Origin: Leptospira sp.
GTDB taxonomy: Bacteria > Spirochaetota > Leptospiria > Leptospirales > Leptospiraceae
Length of the DNA stretch: 64,000 bases
Reading direction: 5' to 3'
Assembly (NCBI GenBank): GCA_034439575.1
Contig: JAWXAQ010000035.1
Coordinates: 1 to 64,000, forward strand
Part shown: positions 31,061 through 37,816 of the stretch, in pieces
Position numbering within the stretch: position 1 is the first letter of the stretch
How the letters are laid out: the number at the start of each line of letters is the position of its first letter
The notes under the pieces: generated by a model
What the model was told of the DNA's origin: nothing
Databases searched by the model: none
The model's input: only the letters and a program-made list of their open reading frames with translations
Position numbers and translations under genes: made by a program

Positions 31061-31082
31061 TAAAATAAGAAACCTTTTTCTT

Positions 31083-31532
31083 ATGGATGAAAAAAAAAAT
31101 AAAAACGAAGAGATTGAAATTTGGAGAAATTTTCTAGTCTATCACAACGAAGTAACGAATCAGATTGATAATGCATTAAAAAAGGCAGATTGCATCTCAC
31201 TTGCTTGGTATGACATACTGATAGTATTAGAACGTTCAGAAAATAAAAGTCTGATTATGAAAGAGCTTATACGTGAAACTGTACTAACTAAGAGTGGAGT
31301 TTCAAAAATCCTGGATAGAATTGAGGAAGGTAAACTCATTACGAGAAAACAATCTCAGCATGATGCCAGATCAGTACAAGTCTTCATTACTAAACAAGGT
31401 AGTCTTGAAGTCCGAAAAGCTTGGGCAATTTACAAAGAAAACATTGAAGGATACTTTTTAAATCCTTTGACTCCAACAGAGAGATCAACTCTATCGACCA
31501 TTTTTACCAAACTAAGAACTAATCTACGTTAG
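31083..31532 (+). CDS. MarR family transcriptional regulator
   Basis: WYDILIVL, LTKSGVSKILDRIE, DARSVQVFITKQG. Confidence 0.9.
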   Translation: MDEKKNKNEEIEIWRNFLVYHNEVTNQIDNALKKADCISLAWYDILIVLERSENKSLIMKELIRETVLTKSGVSKILDRIEEGKLITRKQSQHDARSVQVFITKQGSLEVRKAWAIYKENIEGYFLNPLTPTERSTLSTIFTKLRTNLR

Positions 31533-31608
31533 GAATTTTTCTATTTCTTCGATTTGGATGTACCAACGAATTGGTTACCCCTTTCCAAATACTGCGTAAG
31601 GTGAAATT

Positions 31609-31782
31609 CTAATACTTTGCCGTTCTTTCCTTTTCATTTTCTACATGAAAGAAGCCCATATTCGTTGCCCCTGGATGACATTGGTCGATTAAATTCTGAG
31701 TCTGTTCGATCAGTGTACAATTCTCTTTTAGAGTAAAAATTTCTTTGGGTACATTATGATATAATAATTCGGAAACGGTCAT
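31609..31782 (-). pseudogene. Short ORF or degraded gene remnant (57 aa)
   Basis: GAGGA RBS + ATG at 31782; early stop, with coding-like sequence continuing in another frame. Confidence 0.3.
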
Positions 31783-32019
31783 TTGATTCCTCTTTTTGTA
31801 TTTCTATGAAAGAAGAATAGCATGTTCCATTGATATGAGTCTTGGAAAAACGTGTAGAATTAGTAATTATTCGAAAATCTTCCTTCAATGGGAGAAAAAA
31901 CAGGAATCCATATTTTAATAGCTTCTAAGCTGATTTTCATTCTGCATACTATTTTCGTTATGCGGGATTATTTAAAAGGATCTGGTTAGATTTGGATAAA
32001 AGGTAATTTTCTAAGTATT

Positions 32020-32133
32020 CAATTGAGCAAAAACCTTGTTTCCATCGGTGACGGAGACATGGATGTCGGAGTCCTTCCTTCGAGCACGGAAGTGAGAGGG
32101 AAGGGAGATGGGTACGAGGTTTTTTCTCAATTG
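32020..32133 (+). repeat. Structured repeat family A, copy 1
   Basis: AAACCTTGTTTCCATC...GACATGGATGTC...CACGGAAGTG...GATGGGTACGAGGTTT; stem extended by CAATTGAG/CTCAATTG. Confidence 0.9.
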
Positions 32134-32170
32134 GAGAAAAACAAAATAACAATATCCTTTTAATTCCCTT

Positions 32171-32309
32171 GGGCACCTCGCATCCGTTATATTGATGTCA
32201 CTTTGTGCGAATAACCGATCCCGCTTTTCGCTCCAATCTTTCGCATAACTTTATTTAAATAAATTTATTTTGGACGCGAAAGGATTTCCGCTTCAATCGG
32301 TGGTGCTGG
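32171..32309 (-). repeat. Repeat family B copy, overlapping the 3' end of the YdeI gene
   Basis: Minus strand CCAGCACCACCGATTGAAGCGGAAATCCTT...GCGGGATCGGTT...ATATAAC...CGAGGTGCCC; matches 36069-36209. Confidence 0.85.
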
Positions 32310-32885
32310 ATGATTCGCTTTTATGTTTTTTCCAGCTAAATCGACCGTTTGTTCTATTCGCTGTTGTCTTGTCTCGGTTTTTTTAGCGCTGAGTATCCAT
32401 AACAAAATTATTTTTTTAGAGGACGACGAAAATAACATAAAGTTGGCATATGCCTTTTTGTTCTTATTAAACAATTTGTGTAGGTCGTCTGGAATCGTTA
32501 GATCCTCAATCGAGTCCAAAGCAGTCCATGTGCCCGTTGACTTGGCAAGCTCAATCATTTCAAGTCCAGTTGGAGTCATCAATCCTTGCTCAATCAATCT
32601 TGCTACACGTTGTTTGTTGAGCTTACTCCAATTGCTTTTGGGTTTTCGTTTTGAAAAGTATTGTATGCTACTTTCTTCGTCTCGTTTCTTCTTAATGCTA
32701 TCAATCCAACCAAAACAAAGTGCTTCTTCCACAGCTTCATCATATGTAACACTCGTTACTGATGAGCTCTTTTTGTATAATACTAACCAGACGCTTTTTT
32801 CCTTGCTCTGATTTTTCTTAAGCCAAGTGCGCCATTCTTTTCTGGACTTCGCGTAGAATAATTTATGACCGTCTATAATTTCCAT
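32265..32885 (-). CDS. YdeI/OmpD-associated family protein
   Basis: EWRTWL, YDEAVEEALCFGWIDS, SNWSKLNK, IPDDL, AKKTETRQQRI. Confidence 0.9.
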   Translation of the reverse strand: MEIIDGHKLFYAKSRKEWRTWLKKNQSKEKSVWLVLYKKSSSVTSVTYDEAVEEALCFGWIDSIKKKRDEESSIQYFSKRKPKSNWSKLNKQRVARLIEQGLMTPTGLEMIELAKSTGTWTALDSIEDLTIPDDLHKLFNKNKKAYANFMLFSSSSKKIILLWILSAKKTETRQQRIEQTVDLAGKNIKANHPAPPIEAEILSRPK

Positions 32886-32900
32886 AATAGATGAACTACC

Positions 32901-33203
32901 TTATAACTTGAAGCCTTGGATTAGAAAAGACGCTTTGATGGATTGTTCTTTCAAATAGAGAAATTTTTTGCGCTCTTCGTCATTCGAAAAATTCATAAAA
33001 TCCTCTATCGCATCGAACACAACAAGGTGAATTTCATATGGTTTATCTATACTCATTTCAATATAGGCTGAATCATTTGGTCGCATACGCATCAAAAGCT
33101 TTCCATTATATTTTGATATGATTGGTATCGCAATCCTTTCGAACTCTTCGAAGATCGCTTCTTGTCCCTCGTTAATGTATATCAATTGAGTTATGTAGAT
33201 CAT
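32901..33203 (-). CDS. DUF1330-like small protein
   Basis: PIISKYNGKLL, PYEIHLVVF pattern. Confidence 0.7.
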   Translation of the reverse strand: MIYITQLIYINEGQEAIFEEFERIAIPIISKYNGKLLMRMRPNDSAYIEMSIDKPYEIHLVVFDAIEDFMNFSNDEERKKFLYLKEQSIKASFLIQGFKL

Positions 33204-33224
33204 AATTTAAGATTAGTTTGTTCA

Positions 33225-33300
33225 GAAGAACCGATCCCTTTTCAAATGTATAGGGATTATTATCAAGAAGAAAATCCGATACCTCCGCTTCAAAGATTGG
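33225..33300 (-). repeat. Degenerate repeat family B copy
   Basis: Minus strand CCAATCTTTGAAGCGGAG...AAAGGGATCGGTTCTTC retains both conserved arms. Confidence 0.5.
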
Positions 33301-33384
33301 CAATTTACAAAAACAATTGTTAAAGCCTACCCACTCTACTTTCTCTAAATTGCAAGTGGGGTAAATTCTACTAATAAGGAATTT

Positions 33385-33600
33385 GGGACCTAGTTTATTT
33401 TATTATTCGTGGGTGTTTTACGAAATACGATAATTCGCTTCTACTTAACCATCACCATAGACCAAGCAATGCATCTTAAAAAAGCGATTTATTTATAACC
33501 AAATAAACTAAATTCATCTAACAAAAACAAGTTGCCATAATCCATAATAAAGATCCCGCTATTCGATCTTTCTCTTCGGCCAGCAAACCTTGTTTCCATC
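33385..33600 (+). repeat. ~215-bp duplicated non-coding segment (second copy 36371-36595)
   Basis: Shared ATTATAACCAAATAAACTAAATTCATCTAACAAAAACAAGTTGCCATA block plus diverged flanks, leading into repeat A. Confidence 0.85.
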
Positions 33601-33678
33601 GGTAACGGAGACATGGATGTCGGAGTCCTTCCTTCGAACACGGAGGTGAGAGGGAAGGGAGATGGGAACTAGGTTTGC
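33583..33678 (+). repeat. Structured repeat family A, copy 2 (directly 5' of rpn)
   Basis: GCAAACCTTGTTTCCATC...GATGGGAACTAGGTTTGC. Confidence 0.92.
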
Positions 33679-33722
33679 AAATTTTGAACCAGTTCACCAT
33701 TAAAAGAACCTTTCTATTCCAA

Positions 33723-34628
33723 GTGCTATCTCCAAATCCCCATGATACTTTTATCAAACGTATTTTTGCAAACAAAGACGATGAGATTGCTTTCTTTCGA
33801 GGAACCTTACCATCCGAAGTTATAGAAATTCTTGATATAGTAAATTTAGAACAAACCAAAGAATCCTTCCTACCCAAAAACCAAAGTCACTCTATAACGG
33901 ATATTTTGTGGAAGATACCGACAAAATCGGGCAAAGAAATCTACACTTATTTACTATTTGAGCATAAATCTTATCATGATCCAAATATATTTTTACAACT
34001 GCTAGGTTATATGGTTCAAATTTATCTATGGCAGAAAGGTAACGGTAAAGAACTTGTTCCCGTGATTCCTTTTGTCTTTTATCACGGAGAAAAGAAATGG
34101 GATTTGGGTCTGAGTTTCAAAGAACAATTTATTAAAAACAAAGACATACAAAAATTATCCCATTACATACCGGATTTTTTCATCGAAGTGTTTGAGTTGG
34201 AAAAGACGGATGTAAAAAAGAAATTCAATCAGTTAACACTTCGCATATTTTTAGAGCTTATCCAGAAGATTCGAGCAGATGTAGACGATTTTCGCCCAGT
34301 TTTTCTTGGGATATTGAAAGAACTGAGCCAAGTAGAAACAGAAGCAAAAAAAGTTGAAATTCTGGAGAAACTTCTTCATTATTTATTTAATGTAAGAGAA
34401 AAAGAGGAAAAAGAATTCCGCGATGTATCGTATTACCAAGTTGAGGGACTCGGAGGAGCATTTATGACAATTATGGATGAGATAAGACTAGAAGGTGAGC
34501 AGAAAGGAAAACTGGAAGGCAAACTTGAAGATGCGGAGAAAATGCTGAACGAGAAAATTGATATTTCTGTGATTTTAAGGGTAACGGGTCTTAAAGAATC
34601 CGACTTACGAAAACGAGGCCTTCTCTAG
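33723..34628 (+). CDS. Rpn family recombination-promoting nuclease / YhgA-like putative transposase (PD-(D/E)xK)
   Basis: NPHDTFIK, TDILW, YLLFEHKS, PVIPFVFYHG, C-terminal EG-KGKLEGKLE; GTG at 33723 is more plausible than the ORF-track start at 33675, which lies inside repeat A. Confidence 0.9.
   Translation: MLSPNPHDTFIKRIFANKDDEIAFFRGTLPSEVIEILDIVNLEQTKESFLPKNQSHSITDILWKIPTKSGKEIYTYLLFEHKSYHDPNIFLQLLGYMVQIYLWQKGNGKELVPVIPFVFYHGEKKWDLGLSFKEQFIKNKDIQKLSHYIPDFFIEVFELEKTDVKKKFNQLTLRIFLELIQKIRADVDDFRPVFLGILKELSQVETEAKKVEILEKLLHYLFNVREKEEKEFRDVSYYQVEGLGGAFMTIMDEIRLEGEQKGKLEGKLEDAEKMLNEKIDISVILRVTGLKESDLRKRGLL
34464..34628 (+). CDS. Putative internally translated small Rpn C-terminal protein (RpnS-type antitoxin), 54 aa
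   Basis: GGAGGAG-CATTT-ATG in frame inside rpn: MTIMDEIRLEGEQKGKLEGKLE... Confidence 0.65.
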   Translation: MTIMDEIRLEGEQKGKLEGKLEDAEKMLNEKIDISVILRVTGLKESDLRKRGLL

Positions 34629-34656
34629 TAGCCTGCACCACCAAAGAGCTGACTGG

Positions 34657-35187
34657 ATGAACCTGTCTGATGCCACATCGAAGTCTGGTGTCACTGAAAT
34701 AGGGCTAACATCCGTTCTTCGAAATGATGGCTCCTCACATGAAAAGGGTTATTCGATGGATGTTGGAACTATATCTTATTTTAATCAAGCAACCGATAAA
34801 ATAGTAACGGAACCAATAAAATACACGAACAAGGATTTTAAAACTTTGCCAGAAAATACATTAGCAAAACCAAGTGGGACTATCGCTGACTTTCTGGAGG
34901 CAGACAGAATAGAAAGGTCTATACTATACAATCTTAACCCGTATTATATGGTCAACAAGACTGGCGAAGTCATTCCTAATTTCTTTACTTTCGCTCCTAA
35001 GAACTTGTGGGAAACTGACTTTACAAAATTGTCTAAAGAAGACCAGGAAAATGTGGTAACTAGAATGATTGAAGCGGCAAGAGAACATGGGCCAGATTCT
35101 TATACTTTAACAAGAGATATGGCGATCAGAATGTGGGATCATCGCAATCATTTGCACATTTCTGAAACTGGGTTTGGAAGCAAATGA
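34657..35187 (+). CDS. Probable orphan C-terminal fragment with LAS/peptidase M15-like Zn motifs
   Basis: SSHEKGYSMD (H-x6-D) and HRNHLHIS (HxH); no clear RBS; frame open upstream to the repeat junction. Confidence 0.55.
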   Translation: MNLSDATSKSGVTEIGLTSVLRNDGSSHEKGYSMDVGTISYFNQATDKIVTEPIKYTNKDFKTLPENTLAKPSGTIADFLEADRIERSILYNLNPYYMVNKTGEVIPNFFTFAPKNLWETDFTKLSKEDQENVVTRMIEAAREHGPDSYTLTRDMAIRMWDHRNHLHISETGFGSK

Positions 35188-36068
35188 AAATTTTCAATGT
35201 AATTGCGATTGTTTTTTTCAGTTTATTTTGCAAATCGGAAATGACCAAAGGTCAAACCCAGAAAGAGAACATTTCTCAGTCACATTCTATCGATTATTTT
35301 TTTGATTTGTGGAATATTAATCTCAAAGAAGATTTTAAGAAAGCTTTGAATTCTAATATCGAAGAGGTTCTATATGTAAAATTTAACGATTTTCTGTCAT
35401 TCCGAATGACAAAGTCAATCTTTAAATCAGAACCATTTGATAAGACTCGGTTTTCGATGATTTTAAGTTATCCAGAACCGAATTTTCCAGGAAGAAACGA
35501 TAAAATATTTAACTTTAGAGATGGACGCATTTCTGAGATTTATCGAGAACTAACATATAATAAAATAGAGGAGATAGGGAATACGAATATAGGACTTGCT
35601 TTCACATACAACCAGGGTCTTTTGTCAGAAATATCCTGCCATCACCTGCCGGGATCAAACGGAGCACGATGTGAAGACTCCATCTTTCTCAATACCGATG
35701 GCTCCATTCGGGAAGTAAAAGAATTTAAAATACAATGTAAGCAAGGTTGCGGGCAATTCCAACCTCTACGACAACCAGGGGATTATTTTATCAGCACAAA
35801 CCAAGTATGGGTAAGAGAAAAACCAGATACAAAATCTAAAATCATCGCGGAACTTTCTAAAGATGCAAAGATTGAAGTAATAAAGGATGCCGAGAAATAT
35901 GAAAAGATATTTCCTCATTATGCAACCTGGGCCCAAGTAAAGTTGGCTGACGGCCAGGAAGGTTATGTGTATGGGGCATTTCTTAGAGCACCAGGTGAGC
36001 CTGATGTGGTAGCGATCAAAGAGAAAGCGGAGATTTGGAAAAAGGAAAATGGGGTGATGGGAAGGTAG
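35184..36068 (+). CDS. Exported (possibly lipo)protein with C-terminal bacterial SH3 domain
   Basis: MKIFNVIAIVFFSLFC signal; VWVREKPDTKSKII...WAQVKLADGQEGYVYGAFL. Confidence 0.8.
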   Translation: MKIFNVIAIVFFSLFCKSEMTKGQTQKENISQSHSIDYFFDLWNINLKEDFKKALNSNIEEVLYVKFNDFLSFRMTKSIFKSEPFDKTRFSMILSYPEPNFPGRNDKIFNFRDGRISEIYRELTYNKIEEIGNTNIGLAFTYNQGLLSEISCHHLPGSNGARCEDSIFLNTDGSIREVKEFKIQCKQGCGQFQPLRQPGDYFISTNQVWVREKPDTKSKIIAELSKDAKIEVIKDAEKYEKIFPHYATWAQVKLADGQEGYVYGAFLRAPGEPDVVAIKEKAEIWKKENGVMGR

Positions 36069-36209
36069 CCCTGCACCACCGATCGAAGCGGAAATCCTTA
36101 CCCTATTAAAAATAAAATATACATACTTAGAGTTATGCGAAAGATTAAAGCGGAGAGCGGAATCGGTTCTTTCGGAAATGCTCCATCCGTATAACACATC
36201 CGAGGCGCC
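36069..36209 (+). repeat. Repeat family B copy
   Basis: CCCTGCACCACCGATCGAAGCGGAAATCCTT...GCGGAATCGGTT...TATAAC...CGAGGCGCC. Confidence 0.85.
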
Positions 36210-36253
36210 AAAAGTAAAGAAAGAGATTTTTATATTCGATCTTTCTTCGGATG

Positions 36254-36351
36254 AGCAAACCTTGTTTCCATCGGTGACGGAGACATGGATGTCGGAGTCC
36301 TTCCTTCGAACACGGAGGTGAGAGGGAAGGGAGATGGGAACGAGGTCTGCT
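36254..36351 (+). repeat. Structured repeat family A, copy 3
   Basis: Near-identical to copy 2. Confidence 0.92.
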
Positions 36352-36370
36352 GGGTAAAGCGCACCGAGAA

Positions 36371-36595
36371 CGGGACTAGAAACTAGTTTTTAATATTAGC
36401 GCGTGTTTTACGCAATGCGATAAAACCCCATCAGATTACCATCACCACCAAACACTCATTGAATCTTATAAAAAGCGGTTTTGATTATAACCAAATAAAC
36501 TAAATTCATCTAACAAAAACAAGTTGCCATATTCCATAATAAATATCCTATTATTCGATCTTTCTTTTTTCGGCCAGCAAACCTTGTTTCCATCG
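36371..36595 (+). repeat. Second copy of the duplicated non-coding segment
   Basis: Aligns with 33385-33600. Confidence 0.85.
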
Positions 36596-36672
36596 GTAGC
36601 GGAGCCAGGATGGCGAAGCGGGGGCATTCGAGCAGGAGTGCGAGACAGCCCCGAGATGGGAACAAGGTTTGC
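36577..36672 (+). repeat. Structured repeat family A, copy 4 (divergent interior, same fold)
   Basis: Same terminal arms; interior GCCAGGATGGC...GGGGC...GCAGGAGTGC...GCCCC. Confidence 0.85.
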
Positions 36673-36694
36673 CATCGATGGAAACGAGGTTTGC

Positions 36695-36790
36695 CCCTGC
36701 TCCACCGATCGACCGAGCGCCCTCGTCGAGGGAGAGCGGGATCGGGTCATACAAGATTATGTACATCCATATAACAAATCCGAGGTGCCC
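36695..36790 (+). repeat. Repeat family B, short variant
   Basis: CCCTGCTCCACCGATCG...GAGAGCGGGATCGG...ATATAACAAATCCGAGGTGCCC. Confidence 0.8.
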
Positions 36791-36837
36791 ATCGTCATAA
36801 ATCAAATATAGCTATTCGTTCTTTCTTTCTTCGGCCT

Positions 36838-36933
36838 GCAAACCTCGTTTCCATCAGTAACGGAGACATGGATGTCGGAGTCCTTCCTTCGAGCACGGAA
36901 GTGAGAGGGAAGGGAGATGGGAACGAGGTTTGC
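36838..36933 (+). repeat. Structured repeat family A, copy 5
   Basis: GCAAACCTCGTTTCCATC...GATGGGAACGAGGTTTGC. Confidence 0.92.
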
Positions 36934-37097
36934 TATGCGACATAATATCCTCCATTTTTTCCCAACCCATATCGTCCAATTCTTTTTCCAAAATCAGATT
37001 CGTTTCTGGTTTTCCCCCTTGACTTCGGAGTGGGTACCAAAACTCTTCTCAAAAGACCATCTTTTACCTGCGATCATATATATAAATTAGGTGTTTC

Positions 37098-37259
37098 ATG
37101 AAACGTACATACCAACCAAGCAACGTAAAGCGCATTAGAACTCACGGCTTCCGAACAAGAATGGCCTCTCCAGGCGGACGTAATGTATTAAGCAACCGTA
37201 GAAAGAAAGGACGCCATAAATTGACAGTTTCCGACGAAAAACTCGGGAGAAAGTTCTAG
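37098..37259 (+). CDS. rpmH: 50S ribosomal protein L34 (53 aa, not in ORF track)
   Basis: [53 protein letters not shown]. Confidence 0.97.
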   Translation: MKRTYQPSNVKRIRTHGFRTRMASPGGRNVLSNRRKKGRHKLTVSDEKLGRKF

Positions 37260-37262
37260 TAG

Positions 37263-37589
37263 GAGCTTCCTTCGGAGACTCTTTGCGATCAATCGAGGAT
37301 CCAGGAACTCTTTCGTAACCCACGAAAATCAGGAAAAAAGCCCTTACTTGTCCTTTTTAGAAAGAACGAGCGGGATCATTCCTGTTTTTTGTTCTGTCCG
37401 GACAAGTCGCACAAGCGATCTGTCGATAGAAACAAAACGAAACGACTTCTCAGAGAATTAGTTCGTAACCATTTACCGCTGATCCCTAGTGGTTTTGACA
37501 TTGCGTTCCTGGCACATATCGATTTTTCACAAAAAGTTCCGGAAGAGAGACAGGCTATGTTTGTGACTCTCTTTGCGAAATCACCATGA
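37263..37589 (+). CDS. rnpA: Ribonuclease P protein component (start uncertain)
   Basis: [13 protein letters not shown] (RNR-type motif); lies between rpmH and yidD; frame open from 37263. Confidence 0.85.
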   Translation, partial: ELPSETLCDQSRIQELFRNPRKSGKKPLLVLFRKNERDHSCFLFCPDKSHKRSVDRNKTKRLLRELVRNHLPLIPSGFDIAFLAHIDFSQKVPEERQAMFVTLFAKSP

Positions 37590-37813
37590 ATCGGATTGTA
37601 TTACTTCTTATTTTTTTATATAAGAAATTAATTTCCCCACTTTTACCGCCTTCTTGTCGTTTTACGCCAACTTGTTCGGAATATGCTTTTGAAGCTTTCC
37701 AAAACTATCCATTTTTATCAGCCATTAAACTCAGTGCCTCTCGCATCGCGCGCTGTCACCCCTATCATGAGGGCGGATATGATCCGCTCCCGAAATCAAT
37801 TTCAAAGAGATAA
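37586..37813 (+). CDS. yidD: Membrane protein insertion efficiency factor
   Basis: [18 protein letters not shown]...[12 protein letters not shown]. Confidence 0.95.
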   Translation: MNRIVLLLIFLYKKLISPLLPPSCRFTPTCSEYAFEAFQNYPFLSAIKLSASRIARCHPYHEGGYDPLPKSISKR

Positions 37814-37816
37814 CAT

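Noticed and set aside
32171-36790. Classical integron attC sites
   Set aside because: No RYYYAAC/GTTRRRY ends recognised and no intI gene in the window
31958-36811. ORFs 31958-32176, 33518-33877, 36466-36750, 36524-36811 and 36551-36805
   Set aside because: They are translations of the GC-rich repeats (shared LRHPCLRxRWKQG text) and probably not genes
32020-36933. CRISPR array interpretation of the repeats
   Set aside because: Units are ~96 bp, irregularly spaced by hundreds to thousands of bp, with no uniform spacers and no cas genes
36934-37097. oriC upstream of rpmH
   Set aside because: No dnaA adjacent and no cluster of TTATCCACA boxes seen
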